From Eubacteriales bacterium (GTDB taxonomy: Bacteria; Bacillota; Clostridia; Oscillospirales; QAKW01), in the NCBI GenBank assembly GCA_045544995.1, contig JAZQAE010000112.1, positions 1 through 63,426 on the forward strand: a DNA stretch of 63,426 nucleotides, read 5' to 3'. The notes under the pieces are model-generated. The model was not told the DNA's origin, did no database searches, and worked only from the letters and a program-made list of their open reading frames with translations. A program made the position numbers and the translations under genes. Of this stretch, positions 38,696 through 49,373 are shown one piece after another; position 1 is the first letter of the stretch, and the number at the start of each line of letters is the position of its first letter.

Positions 38696-39742
38696 TTACT
38701 CACCTACTTTAGAGAGCGGCTTAATGTCGATCTTATAACCGGTCAGCTTGGCAGCCAGACGGGCATTCTGACCTTCCTTACCGATGGCCAGAGAAAGCTG
38801 ATCGTCGCTGACGACCACCACGCAGGTGTGCGCCGCATCATCTGCTGCTACGCTGAGGATCTTGGCAGGAGCCAAAGCAGAAGCGATATAGGCCTCGGAA
38901 TCCTCACTGTAACGAATGACGTCTACCTTCTCCCCCTTCAGTTCTTCACAGATCTTGGTGATACGCATTCCCCGGGCACCGATACAAGCGCCGACGGGAT
39001 CCACGTTTTCATCCTCGGACCAAACGGCGATCTTGGTACGGCTACCGGCCTCACGGGCAATGGCCTTTACTTCCACGGAGCCGTCAAAGATTTCGGGCAC
39101 TTCCAGTTCAAACAGCCGTTTGACCAGACCGGGATGGGTCCGGGAGATCAGAACCTGAGGCCCCTTTTGAGCGGAGCGAACCTCCACTACGTAGATCTTT
39201 ACGAAATCGCCGGGATTCAGCACTTCACCGGGGATCTGCTCGTTGCGAATGAGCATCGCCTGGCTCTTGCCGATATCCAGAATAGCGTTTCCGTTGGGCT
39301 CCACCCGATTGACGGTGGTGGTGATGATCTCACTTTCCTTACTATTGAACTCTTGATACAAAAGACCGCGCTCGCCGTCCCGGATACCATGGATGATGAC
39401 CTGCTTTGCATTCTGCGCTGCGATCCGGCCAAACTCCTTGGTCTTGATCTCCATCTTAGCTTCGTCGCCCAGTTTCAATCGCTTGGAAACAGTGTCGTGC
39501 GCCTCCTCCAGAGTGATCTCCAGAGCGGGGTCGGTCACCTCTTCAACGACGGTCTTTTTGATGATCAGTTTGATCTCGTTTTTCTCACGATTTACGATGA
39601 CCTCGGCATTATCGGAGGTGCCGTAAGCTCGTTTGGCGGCGGCCAGAAGGGCGGCCTCTACCTTTTCGATCATGTAGTCTGCGGGGATTCCTTTCTCCGC
39701 TTCGATCAGATCCAATGCCTTAAAAAATTCTGCGTTCTTCAT
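38696..39742 (-). CDS. nusA: transcription factor NusA
   Basis: FGRIAAQNAKQ, AREAGSRTK, AIGKEGQNARLAAKLTG. Confidence 0.98.
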   Translation of the reverse strand: MKNAEFFKALDLIEAEKGIPADYMIEKVEAALLAAAKRAYGTSDNAEVIVNREKNEIKLIIKKTVVEEVTDPALEITLEEAHDTVSKRLKLGDEAKMEIKTKEFGRIAAQNAKQVIIHGIRDGERGLLYQEFNSKESEIITTTVNRVEPNGNAILDIGKSQAMLIRNEQIPGEVLNPGDFVKIYVVEVRSAQKGPQVLISRTHPGLVKRLFELEVPEIFDGSVEVKAIAREAGSRTKIAVWSEDENVDPVGACIGARGMRITKICEELKGEKVDVIRYSEDSEAYIASALAPAKILSVAADDAAHTCVVVVSDDQLSLAIGKEGQNARLAAKLTGYKIDIKPLSKVGE

Positions 39743-39768
39743 TTCTTTTTATTCTATCCTCCTAAATA

Positions 39769-40230
39769 TTATGAAAAATCAACCCAGGGACGGATGAGAC
39801 GGGCATCCTTTACTGCCAACTCCAAGACAGTCCCTTTGCAATCGACGGTAAAGCGACCGTCCTCATAGCCGGTCAACTGCCCTACCCAATAATCACTGCC
39901 CTCTACGGGGCGGAACAGCTTAATCTCAATCTTTTCGCCCATAAAATAGAGGAAGTCTTTCTCTTTTTTCAACGGACGATCCAGTCCCACGGAAGAGACC
40001 TCCAGGTAGTAATGATCCTTGATGAGATCGGCCTCGTCCAACAGCGGATCCACTGCCCGAGACATGGCTTCGCAATCCTCGATGGCAATTCCTTCGTCTT
40101 TGGTGATATACAATCTCAAAAAGAAATCCGGCCCCTCCTTGACGTACTCTACGTCAAACAGCTCGTAGCCCAAGCCTTCCGCCACCGGCTTTGCCAGGAC
40201 TTCTACCTTCCCTGCAATATTTCCTTTCAC
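39769..40230 (-). CDS. rimP: ribosome maturation factor
   Basis: YYLEVSSVGLDRPL; GTG start at 40230 behind AAAGGA. Confidence 0.95.
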   Translation of the reverse strand: MKGNIAGKVEVLAKPVAEGLGYELFDVEYVKEGPDFFLRLYITKDEGIAIEDCEAMSRAVDPLLDEADLIKDHYYLEVSSVGLDRPLKKEKDFLYFMGEKIEIKLFRPVEGSDYWVGQLTGYEDGRFTVDCKGTVLELAVKDARLIRPWVDFS

Positions 40231-40255
40231 CTTCTCAGTCCTTTCACCCAAAATG

Positions 40256-40332
40256 CAAGGAGGTTCGTGTTTCACGAACCTCCTTGGTATTCAATCTGGT
40301 ATTAGTTTACCACAAACTTTATAAAAATGCAA
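40256..40332 (-). promoter_or_regulatory. rimP-nusA promoter and leader attenuator hairpin
   Basis: TTGCAT-17-TAAACT, then 14-bp perfect hairpin 40256-40286 with weak CATTTT tract. Confidence 0.7.
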
Positions 40333-40362
40333 GAGTTTTTTCCTATATTTATATAAAGTCCA

Positions 40363-41763
40363 TTACCACTCCAGCGAGATGACGTCGCCGTCGTAGAGTT
40401 TCTGGGCGTTGGAGAGGATCTTATCCACGTTCAACGTACTGACCCAAAAGTTTCCTTTTCCGTTCAGTTCCACAAAGCATTTCAGTTCCGATACGGAATA
40501 GAATTTCATATATTCCTTCGTTCCGTTCTTCAAGGTAAAGGTGATGTCGAGATAGGAGTTCTGCTCCTCCCCTTTCTGACCCAGATCGGTGATGCCGATG
40601 GTCAGAATATGGGCATAAAAGTCGGAGAACAATTCACTGTCTACCTGCTTATTATTGATGGTAACGTAGAAGTTACCCTCCTCATCCTTCTCACCCACGG
40701 CGATCTCAAAGGTCTTTCCGCTGCCGCTGATAGTAACGTGAGAAAGGGTGTCGGCGGCACGGGTATAGATCATATCCTCGCAATAGCTCTTGAGGGGTTT
40801 CCCCAGACACTCGGTATACGTTTCCGGAATGTAGTGAACGAACTTTCCACCGGGGACGTAGCAATAGCGATACCCACTGTCGTTGACCTTGCCGAAGTGA
40901 ACCTCCACCGTCTCTTCGTCCAGCACGTAGGTCAAGATATAAGACGGATCGTCCAGCCCGAATTTCTTCAGTGCGGCGTCACCGGTGTCGTCTCCGACCA
41001 CCGTACTGGTACCGAGATAGATCATCAACTCATTCAAGGAATCCTGAATGGCGCCGGAGAAAGACTGGTAGATGGGGGCAGTCATCATATAGGAAGTGCC
41101 GACCTCATCGTCCCCCAGGATATTCATCTCAATGACGATCTCCTGCTCCCGTTCCTTTCCGCCGATCTTAATATCGGTGAGTTTTTCCAGTTCATCCGCC
41201 TCACCGGTATATTCGATCAAGGTATTGGTATAGAACTGATACCGGGCCAACAAGGCCACGTCCGGCACGGTGCTGTCAATGAGATACACCGCCGGATCTC
41301 CCTCCATCTGCAGGTAATAGTTCCCGGAGGAAGAGGTAGTGCCGAAGGAAAAACCATAAGTCTTATCGTCGTCCTTCACTTTCAAGGTGCCGAAGGGCGT
41401 CTTTAAGCCATAACTTTTCAACTGCTCCTCAGAAGGTGCGTCGATGACCTTTTTGGTGGCCGTCAGACTGCCCAACTCTTTCAAGAGTTCCACTACGGAT
41501 GCACTGTTTACCTTATAGCCTTTTTTACCTTCGATATAGTAAGAGCCAATCGCCTCTTTGGTCAAGATATAGGTGTCAAAGGCGTTTTTAATCTCAATGG
41601 AATCCGCCTCGGTCAGATTGGTCTCCATCAAGACCACGCTATTTCCCTTTTCCTCTCCGGTCTCGTCCTTGGGCAGAACAAAGGCCACCAGCACCCAAAG
41701 AATAATTCCCAGAACAACGGCAGAGCCGGCCAGAATGAGTAAGGGTCTCAAACGCTTCATCAT
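40363..41763 (-). CDS. DUF4340 domain protein
   Basis: N-terminal TM, two LKSYGL/LKKFGL..P repeats, Gld-like ABC context. Confidence 0.8.
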   Translation of the reverse strand: MMKRLRPLLILAGSAVVLGIILWVLVAFVLPKDETGEEKGNSVVLMETNLTEADSIEIKNAFDTYILTKEAIGSYYIEGKKGYKVNSASVVELLKELGSLTATKKVIDAPSEEQLKSYGLKTPFGTLKVKDDDKTYGFSFGTTSSSGNYYLQMEGDPAVYLIDSTVPDVALLARYQFYTNTLIEYTGEADELEKLTDIKIGGKEREQEIVIEMNILGDDEVGTSYMMTAPIYQSFSGAIQDSLNELMIYLGTSTVVGDDTGDAALKKFGLDDPSYILTYVLDEETVEVHFGKVNDSGYRYCYVPGGKFVHYIPETYTECLGKPLKSYCEDMIYTRAADTLSHVTISGSGKTFEIAVGEKDEEGNFYVTINNKQVDSELFSDFYAHILTIGITDLGQKGEEQNSYLDITFTLKNGTKEYMKFYSVSELKCFVELNGKGNFWVSTLNVDKILSNAQKLYDGDVISLEW

Positions 41764-43220
41764 AGGTATCTCCTCCGGATATAAACGATCAGACCGATCA
41801 CCAGGAAGATGGCAGGAATCACGGCGATAAAGAGGATGGAACCCCAACGCACGGTGGCGGTATCCAACGTCATGGAAGTGGAGGTGGCCACTTTGGAGGC
41901 ACCTACGATCTCCGACTCATTCTCGCCCACCATCATCTGGTAGATGTTATACAAAAATGCGCCGTTTCCGTTATAAGTCATATAATATTCGCCCAGCATA
42001 TCCACAGAACCTGCGGCAAAGAGATGGCTTTCCACCGCTACGTTATTTTGGAATTTATACCGAGTTGCCGCCGCAGCCACCGTAAAGGGGCCTTTGGCAT
42101 CCCCCTCCGCCTGCTGATAGCCGGCATTAATGGCATCAAAGCTCTTGGCATAGGACTCCTCAGAGGTGGTCATCAAGGCCGCCGTCTCGGTAATGCCGGA
42201 GGTTTCAAACAACAGTTCAATAGACCGAGCATTAGGTACAACGCTGAGATAGTCTGCGGCCAGGGTCACTTCGCTGACCGTCTTTTCCGTATAGGACGGA
42301 ATCAGATATAAAGGCACTGCATCGGTGGAACTGGCATAGGTAGCGGCGCTGTATTTATCAGACTCCAACACCACGTTATTGCCAAGACCGATCCCCCACT
42401 CGGCCAAAAAGGCTTCCAGATTGGGGAGCTTGGGAGACTCAGGATCCGCAAAGAAGAAAAGATCCCGTTCATAATTATAATCGTTGGTCAAGAATTCCTG
42501 CAGGATACGGATCTCTGTTTCGGAATAGTCGATGGCCGGACCTGCAATCACCATCACCCGTGCCATATCATCAAAGGTAGAAAGCTGGCTCAGCTTCACT
42601 TCCTGCACGTCGGCACCGTTATTGGCGATCAGGCTCTTGAAGGAATCGTAGCCCCCCTCGCCGTGACCGGTCACGAAATAAACCAGAGGGATCTGCTCCT
42701 TGGTCACGTGGAGCAGGGCTGAAGCCAGGCTCTCTTCCACTTTATAGGTCACCGTATAGTTTTCACTATCCTGCTCATACATATCGTTGAAGTTGATGAC
42801 CCGGATCCGATCGCCGTTTTCCACCACGATGGCACCCTCGGTGATGCTGTATTCAGAGCCGAATGCCGTCAGGGCATTGGGATTCACGTCAGGATCCACG
42901 TAGGTATATTCCACGTTCTCCGAAAGGTTCGCAAACCGCTTGACCGTCTCACGGAAGACTTCCGGATAGTTTTCTTCGTTATACATAATCGTCAGTTTGA
43001 TCTGATCCTCTTTGGTCAGGGAATTGACGATCTGCTTGGTGCTGTCGGAAATACTGTACAGATCATAAGAGGTCATATCCAGTTTCCAGGAATAGGCATC
43101 CGCCAGAAGAGAGAAGATGATATTGACAATGATGACCACTGCCACGAACGCAACCGTCAGACCGGTCGCCACGGAACCGTACTTGAATTTACGGCTTTTG
43201 AAGAATGTATTCTTGGCCAT
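41760..43220 (-). CDS. GldG-like ABC auxiliary protein
   Basis: LDMT....YSIS..T, YFVTGHGE, C-terminal TM ending RRR. Confidence 0.85.
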   Translation of the reverse strand: MAKNTFFKSRKFKYGSVATGLTVAFVAVVIIVNIIFSLLADAYSWKLDMTSYDLYSISDSTKQIVNSLTKEDQIKLTIMYNEENYPEVFRETVKRFANLSENVEYTYVDPDVNPNALTAFGSEYSITEGAIVVENGDRIRVINFNDMYEQDSENYTVTYKVEESLASALLHVTKEQIPLVYFVTGHGEGGYDSFKSLIANNGADVQEVKLSQLSTFDDMARVMVIAGPAIDYSETEIRILQEFLTNDYNYERDLFFFADPESPKLPNLEAFLAEWGIGLGNNVVLESDKYSAATYASSTDAVPLYLIPSYTEKTVSEVTLAADYLSVVPNARSIELLFETSGITETAALMTTSEESYAKSFDAINAGYQQAEGDAKGPFTVAAAATRYKFQNNVAVESHLFAAGSVDMLGEYYMTYNGNGAFLYNIYQMMVGENESEIVGASKVATSTSMTLDTATVRWGSILFIAVIPAIFLVIGLIVYIRRRYL

Positions 43221-43924
43221 CAGCTCCACCTCCTCTTATCAATGATGCGGACGATGAGGAACAAAAACACCACCGTCAGACTGATGAAATAAAAGATTGC
43301 CGAGAAATCGAAAAGACCGCCGGCCAATTTTTCAAACCGGGTGGAAACAGAGATCACGTTGACGATCTTGGTCACAAACCCGACGTTGATGACGTTTTTC
43401 AAAATGTCACAGATCGCAAAGATCAAGAGGGTAAAGAATCCCATCATAAAAGCGATGATCTGGCTTTCCGTAATACAAGCCATCAGCATGGCGATGGCAA
43501 TGTAGGCAGCGCCCACCAGCAAAATACCGATATAACTGCCGGCCAGGATGCCGTATTCAATATTTCCTTTGATGGAAAGGAAGCCCATGCAAAAGACGCT
43601 GGGAACCAGACTGATCAAAAACATCGTGTAGGCCGCAAAGAATTTTCCCAGTACCATTTTGGTGATACTGATGGGTGCGGTAATGAGGATCTGGTCGGTC
43701 TTATTTTTGCGCTCTTCAGGGAAGAGCTTCATGGTAAGAATGGGTACGACCAAAATCAAAATATAGCAACTGTAAAAGAAATAGTAGGTCACGTCGGAGC
43801 TATAGTTCGCCAGATTAAAAATACTGAAAATGGTTCCGGCGATGATCAGATAAAGAAACAGGTAGACGTAGCCCACCGGGGATTTTAAATAAGAGCGTAA
43901 TTCTCTTTTCCAGACAGCGGTCAT
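43220..43924 (-). CDS. ABC-2 permease (GldF-like)
   Basis: KRELRSY..SPVGY, EERKNKTDQILITAP, LGKF. Confidence 0.9.
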   Translation of the reverse strand: MTAVWKRELRSYLKSPVGYVYLFLYLIIAGTIFSIFNLANYSSDVTYYFFYSCYILILVVPILTMKLFPEERKNKTDQILITAPISITKMVLGKFFAAYTMFLISLVPSVFCMGFLSIKGNIEYGILAGSYIGILLVGAAYIAIAMLMACITESQIIAFMMGFFTLLIFAICDILKNVINVGFVTKIVNVISVSTRFEKLAGGLFDFSAIFYFISLTVVFLFLIVRIIDKRRWS

Positions 43925-44868
43925 TCGGTCACACCTCCCTCACCGGTAATCAGATTAACGAATACGTCTTCCAAAGACATATCCATGGATTTGAGTCCCA
44001 TCAAAGCCCAGCCATGCTCGGCGAGCATCCGGAACAAGGGTTTCCGGATATCCACGCTGGGTTGGCTTTCGATGAGATAATCAAAGGTCCCCTGCTCTTT
44101 CTGGCCGAGATCGTCCACAAAGAGGACGCCGTCCATGGCACGGATGGCTTTCTTCACCTCCGTCTTTCCGCCGGCGATCCGGGCGACCAGACGGCGGTTG
44201 CCTGCCGTCTTATAAGTAAGGGTGTCTGCCGTGCCGTCTGCCACCAACTGTCCTTTATTGATGACGATGATCCGGTCACAGACCGCCTGAACCTCCTGCA
44301 AAATATGGGTAGACAGGATGACGGTATGCTTTTTCCCGAGCCGCTGGATCAGATTGCGGATCTCGATGATCTGCCGGGGATCCAGACCCACGGTGGGCTC
44401 GTCCAAAATCAAAACCGGGGGATTGCCCACCAACGCCTGGGCGAAGCCCACACGCTGACGGTATCCTTTGGAAAGGTTTTTGATCATCCGGTTATAAACG
44501 TCGGTGATCTTAATGAGTTCGCAGATCTCTGCCAGATGCTCCTTCCGGGGAAATTTACAGCCTTTGAGATCATAGACGAATTCCAGATACTCCCGAACCG
44601 TCATATCCATATAGAGAGGGGGTTGCTCCGGCAGGAATCCGATCAGCCGTTTGGCGACGGTGGGATCCTCCAGAATGTCGATGCCGTCGATAATCGCCGT
44701 ACCGCTATTGGCCGAAAGATATCCGGTCAGAATATTCATCGTGGTGGATTTACCGGCGCCGTTAGGGCCGAGAAATCCCACGATCTCGCCGGTCTCGATC
44801 TTAAAGGATACATCGTTGACGGCGAATTTATCGCCATACTTTTTGACGATATTCTTTACCTCGATCAT
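43921..44868 (-). CDS. ABC ATPase (GldA-like)
   Basis: GPNGAGKST, LSKGYRQR, DEPTVGLDP. Confidence 0.93.
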   Translation of the reverse strand: MIEVKNIVKKYGDKFAVNDVSFKIETGEIVGFLGPNGAGKSTTMNILTGYLSANSGTAIIDGIDILEDPTVAKRLIGFLPEQPPLYMDMTVREYLEFVYDLKGCKFPRKEHLAEICELIKITDVYNRMIKNLSKGYRQRVGFAQALVGNPPVLILDEPTVGLDPRQIIEIRNLIQRLGKKHTVILSTHILQEVQAVCDRIIVINKGQLVADGTADTLTYKTAGNRRLVARIAGGKTEVKKAIRAMDGVLFVDDLGQKEQGTFDYLIESQPSVDIRKPLFRMLAEHGWALMGLKSMDMSLEDVFVNLITGEGGVTE

Positions 44869-44942
44869 AAGGGGTTCTCCTTAGAAATATTTTTTCAAAT
44901 TCATTCTAACATACATCCGCCGAAGGCGGTGTAAACAATTTG

Positions 44943-46712
44943 TTAATTCTCTTCCTGAGGAATGATGGCAATTCCCAGTTCCTTCAACTGCTCGGGAGAA
45001 ACTTCGGAGGGACAGTTGCTCATCAGTTCGGAAGCATTCTGTACCTTGGGATAAGCTACCACGTCACGCAGGTTCTTGAGACCCAGCAACTGCATCACCA
45101 ACCGGTCCAGACCCATGCCCAATCCGCCGTGGGGAGGAGCGCCGTACTGGAAGGCGTCGGTCAGGAAGCCAAACTTCTGATGGGCTTCTTCGGGAGAAAG
45201 ACCCAGCATATTGAACATTCTTCCCTGCAGTTCGGGATCGGTGATCCGGATGGAACCGCTGGCCAGCTCCACGCCGTTGAGAACCAGGTCGTAGGCCTTG
45301 GCGCGGACCTTGGCTTTATCGGTCTCCAGATATTGCAGACATTCATCCATGGGAGAGGTGAACGGATGGTGCATTGCCACCCAGCATTCATTGTCTTCAT
45401 CCCACTCGAAGAAGGGGAATTCGGTGATCCAGAGAAGCTGATAGCCTTCTCTCTTGATGCCCAGTTTATCTGCCACCAAAAGACGCAGGGCGCCCAAGGT
45501 GTTCAAAACGATGCTGTTCTTGGTGTCGGCCACAAAGAGGACCACGTCCCCTTCCTTAGCACCGGCACGTTCCAGAATGGCTTTGAGTTCTTCCTCGGAG
45601 AGGAACTTACTGAAGGAGCAGTTGATGCCCTCCGGCATCCACCGGATAAAGGCCAGACCCTTGGCGCCGATGCCACGGGCGTGCTCAGTCAATTTATCGA
45701 TCTCTTTCCGGGTCAGGATAGCGGCACCACCCTCGGCGGTGATGCCACGAACGCTGCCGCCGGCTTGCACCGCACCGCTGAAGACACCAAAACCGCAGTC
45801 TTTCACAAGGTCGCTGACGTCGAAGAGTTCCATCCCAAAGCGGGTATCCGGCTTATCGGAGCCAAAGCGGTCCATCGCCTCCTGATAGGTGAGGCGGGGC
45901 AAGGGCAACTGAACCTTTTCGCTCAGAGCATCACGGAACACCCGCTCCATGAAGCCTTCCACCATACCGAGGACGTCCTCCATCTCCACAAAGGACATCT
46001 CCAGGTCGATCTGGGTAAATTCCGGCTGACGGTCGGCACGCAGGTCCTCATCCCGGAAGCACCGGGCGATCTGCATATAGCGGTCAAAGCCTGCCACCAT
46101 GGAAAGCTGTTTATAGATCTGGGGAGACTGGGGCAGTGCATAGAAACTGCCCGGATGGATCCGGCTGGGAACCAAATAGTCCCGTGCGCCTTCCGGCGTG
46201 GATTTCATCAGCATCGGGGTCTCGATCTCGATAAAGCCGTTTTCATCAAAATAGTCCCGGGTGATCTTGGTGATGCGATGGCGCATCAGGATATTGCCCT
46301 GCAGATCCGGACGGCGGAGATCCAGGAAGCGGTATTTCAACCGCAGTTCCTCATTTACGTTACTGTTCTCCACAATCTCAAAGGGAGGGGTCTTTGCACG
46401 AGACCAGACCTTGACGGTATCTGCCAGAATTTCCAGCATACCGGTCTTGAGATTTTCGTTGACGGCTCCGCCACGCTTGGCAACGGTTCCGGTCACTTCT
46501 AAAACGTATTCGCTCCGGACGGTAAACGCCACGTCAAAGGCTTCTTTATTGACCGACTCGTCAAACTGCAGCTGCACCAAACCGGTACGGTCACGCAGGT
46601 CGATAAAGATCAGACCGCCCAAGTCACGCTGACGCTGAACCCAACCGCAGACCGTTACTTTCTGACCGATCTGCTCCGGGGTGATAGTTCCGCAATAATC
46701 TGTTCTTCTCAT
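44943..46712 (-). CDS. aspS: aspartate-tRNA ligase
   Basis: RDLGGLIFIDLRDRTG, LPQSPQ, FRDEDLRADRQPEF, PPHGG; start at 46712. Confidence 0.98.
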   Translation of the reverse strand: MRRTDYCGTITPEQIGQKVTVCGWVQRQRDLGGLIFIDLRDRTGLVQLQFDESVNKEAFDVAFTVRSEYVLEVTGTVAKRGGAVNENLKTGMLEILADTVKVWSRAKTPPFEIVENSNVNEELRLKYRFLDLRRPDLQGNILMRHRITKITRDYFDENGFIEIETPMLMKSTPEGARDYLVPSRIHPGSFYALPQSPQIYKQLSMVAGFDRYMQIARCFRDEDLRADRQPEFTQIDLEMSFVEMEDVLGMVEGFMERVFRDALSEKVQLPLPRLTYQEAMDRFGSDKPDTRFGMELFDVSDLVKDCGFGVFSGAVQAGGSVRGITAEGGAAILTRKEIDKLTEHARGIGAKGLAFIRWMPEGINCSFSKFLSEEELKAILERAGAKEGDVVLFVADTKNSIVLNTLGALRLLVADKLGIKREGYQLLWITEFPFFEWDEDNECWVAMHHPFTSPMDECLQYLETDKAKVRAKAYDLVLNGVELASGSIRITDPELQGRMFNMLGLSPEEAHQKFGFLTDAFQYGAPPHGGLGMGLDRLVMQLLGLKNLRDVVAYPKVQNASELMSNCPSEVSPEQLKELGIAIIPQEEN

Positions 46713-47977
46713 TTGATAAATTCCTCCAACCATTTGCTATCCAAGGCATCCAGCGCCACTTTTTCCTGACGTCCGTCTGCCATATTTTTCACCGTGATAC
46801 TGCCTTCATCCAATTCGCTGTCCCCCATGACGGCGGTACAAGCGGCGCCGATCTTATCGGCATACTTCATCTGCGCCTTGACCGAACGGCGCAGAAGATC
46901 ATACTGCACCTTGGCGCCCTGATCCATCATTTTTCCGGTCAGGCGAACGGCTTCCTTGCAAGCCCGGTCTCCCAAGGGAATGAGGAAGAGGTCGCACCCC
47001 CGTTCTGCCGGCAGTTCCACGCCGGCCTGCTCCAGCACCAGCATAAACCGCTCCATCCCCATGGCAAAACCAATGCCGGGCTGGGGAGCCCCGCCGAACT
47101 GCTCGGTCATACCGTCGTACCGACCGCCGCCGCAGACGGTGCCTTGGGCGCCGATCTGGTCGCTGACGAACTCAAAGACTGTCCGGTTATAGTAATCCAG
47201 ACCGCGCACGATCCGGGGATTGACTTTATAGGTGATGCCCATGGTATCGAGGTATTCTTTCACCGAAGCAAAGTGCGTATCGCACTCCTCGCAGAGATAG
47301 TCGGTGATCAAGGGAGCATCCTTGGCTACGTCCCGACAGATCTCGCTCTTGCAGTCTAAGATCCGCATGGGGTTTTTCTCTAACCGTTCCCGACAGGTGG
47401 GGCAAAGCTTTTCCCGATCCTTTTCAAAATAGGAGATCAAAGCTTCCCGATACTTGCTGCGGCACTCCTTACAGCCGATGGAATTGAGTTCCAGAGAGAT
47501 CCCCTTCAGACCAACCTTTTGGAACAGGCGATACGGCAGGGAGATCACCGTCGCATCTGCGATGGGATCGGGAGCGCCGAAAAGCTCAATGCCAAACTGA
47601 TGGAATTCACGCAACCGGCCTTTCTGGGGTTTTTCGTACCGGAAGCATTGAATCATATAGTAAAGCTTAGTGGGCAGGGCTTCATTGAAGAGACCGTTCT
47701 CCACAAATGCCCGAACGATCCCCGCCGTCCCTTCCGGACGCAGGGTAACGGACCGGCCACCCTTATCCTCAAAGGTATACATCTCTTTGGTGACCACGTC
47801 GGTGGTCTCCCCCACGCCCCGTACGAATACTTCCGTATGTTCAAATACCGGGGTGCGGATCTCTTTAAAACCGTATTGGGCGCAAAGCGCACGGATGATA
47901 TTCTCTACCTGCAGCCAGCGACCGGAGTCACGGGGCAGAATGTCCTGGGTGCCCTTCGGGGCGGAAATCTGAGCCAT
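46709..47977 (-). CDS. hisS: histidine-tRNA ligase
   Basis: LRPEGTAG, FRYEKPQKGR, RGLDYY, GGRYDG; start at 47977. Confidence 0.98.
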   Translation of the reverse strand: MAQISAPKGTQDILPRDSGRWLQVENIIRALCAQYGFKEIRTPVFEHTEVFVRGVGETTDVVTKEMYTFEDKGGRSVTLRPEGTAGIVRAFVENGLFNEALPTKLYYMIQCFRYEKPQKGRLREFHQFGIELFGAPDPIADATVISLPYRLFQKVGLKGISLELNSIGCKECRSKYREALISYFEKDREKLCPTCRERLEKNPMRILDCKSEICRDVAKDAPLITDYLCEECDTHFASVKEYLDTMGITYKVNPRIVRGLDYYNRTVFEFVSDQIGAQGTVCGGGRYDGMTEQFGGAPQPGIGFAMGMERFMLVLEQAGVELPAERGCDLFLIPLGDRACKEAVRLTGKMMDQGAKVQYDLLRRSVKAQMKYADKIGAACTAVMGDSELDEGSITVKNMADGRQEKVALDALDSKWLEEFIK

Positions 47978-48134
47978 TTTAGTCTTTTTTCTCCTTTTTT
48001 GTCTTGTTTCATTGACGAGTATTTTAACGATGGGTGAGCGGAAATCCACCTTTTTAAAACAAGGTTCGGATTACTTTTATCACCTTAATAAACAGAGCAA
48101 ATCCCCGCTCACCAAAGAGAGCAGGGATAAAAAA

Positions 48135-48533
48135 TTATTGTCTGGAGATCTCTCTCCAATCGAGATCACCACGCTCCAGTGCCATGATAATGACCTCAGC
48201 GGTAGCGATATTGGTCGCCACAGGAACGTTATGCACGTCACACAGCCGGAGGATATTCAGTTCCTCCCGTTCCCGGGTGGTGGGAGTCAGAGAATCTCGG
48301 AAGAAGAGCAGTACGTCCACCTCGCCGTAGGAGATACGTGCTGCGATCTGATCTTCGCCGCCGTGAGGGCCGCTCAGAACTTTATTGATCTCCAATCCCG
48401 TCGCATCGGCAATCAAATTGCCGGTGGTGGCGGTGGCGCAAAGGTTATGCTTCGCCAGAATACCTGCGTAAGCAATACAAAACTGCACCATCAATTCTTT
48501 TTTCTTTTCATGGGCAATCAACGCTATATTCAT
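48135..48533 (-). CDS. mgsA: methylglyoxal synthase
   Basis: IALIAHE.KK, SGPHGG, LRLCDVHNVPVATN. Confidence 0.9.
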   Translation of the reverse strand: MNIALIAHEKKKELMVQFCIAYAGILAKHNLCATATTGNLIADATGLEINKVLSGPHGGEDQIAARISYGEVDVLLFFRDSLTPTTREREELNILRLCDVHNVPVATNIATAEVIIMALERGDLDWREISRQ

Positions 48534-48551
48534 CTATTTCTCTCCTCCCGA

Positions 48552-49304
48552 TCACTTTTTCTTTCTCCAGAACGGCGCCAAAGGAATGTCTTTTCCCTCC
48601 AGCCGTCCTGCTATATTCTTGAACGCTTCTGCGGTCACGGATTTTCCCTCCGGCAGGATGCCCCCGCCATTGGAAGAAATTACCACTGCATCGTCGTGGG
48701 GAACCAGTCCCAGTAACGGCAGGGAAACGGAATCCATCACCTGATCCACGTTCTGCAGATGCCCTTTTCGGATCATCTGTTTGCGTACTTTATTGATCAC
48801 CAGTTCTGTCCGGATGGGACGAAGCCCTGCAATAATTCCGGCAGTTCTGCCCGCATCCCGTACAGCGGTCAGATCCGGTGTCGAAACCACGATACACCGC
48901 TGTGCACAGTAGATCGCATCCCGGAACCCCTCTCCCACACCGGCCGGTGCGTCGATCAGTACGTATTCATAATGGTCGCTCAGCCAATGGCAAAGCCGGC
49001 GGAGTGCGCCCCGGTCGATCTTGGCGGTATAGTCCTCCACGCCGGGGATAAAATGCAGGGACGGCACGGTATCATGCGCCACGATGGCTTGACCCACCGG
49101 ACATCGGCCATCCAGAATATCCAAAAGATCATACGGCGCTTTACTTTCCAGCCCCAAAAGGATATCCAGATTTCGAAGTCCCATATCGCCGTCAATTGCA
49201 ATAACAGAATGTCCGGACAGCGCCAATGCAAACGCAAGATTGGCACACAGGGTCGTCTTCCCGACCCCGCCCTTGCCGGAAACAATACTGATGACAGTTC
49301 CCAT
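48552..49304 (-). CDS. minD: septum site-determining ATPase MinD
   Basis: SGKGGVGKTT, DMGLRNLD, DAPAGVGEGF, AVRDA. Confidence 0.88.
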   Translation of the reverse strand: MGTVISIVSGKGGVGKTTLCANLAFALALSGHSVIAIDGDMGLRNLDILLGLESKAPYDLLDILDGRCPVGQAIVAHDTVPSLHFIPGVEDYTAKIDRGALRRLCHWLSDHYEYVLIDAPAGVGEGFRDAIYCAQRCIVVSTPDLTAVRDAGRTAGIIAGLRPIRTELVINKVRKQMIRKGHLQNVDQVMDSVSLPLLGLVPHDDAVVISSNGGGILPEGKSVTAEAFKNIAGRLEGKDIPLAPFWRKKK

Positions 49305-49373
49305 GCTATGATCCTTTCAACAATAAATGATAAAAAATTATAACATAAGTTTCACTATTAGTAAAGTATTTTT

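Noticed and set aside
40363..44868. Gliding motility system
   Set aside because: GldA/F/G-like ABC modules with DUF4340 are widespread in non-gliding Firmicutes; no other motility genes are present.
44940..46502. Long antisense ORFs opposite aspS (likewise guaA, nusA, mreB, degV and the binding proteins)
   Set aside because: Shadow ORFs fully overlapping well-supported genes.
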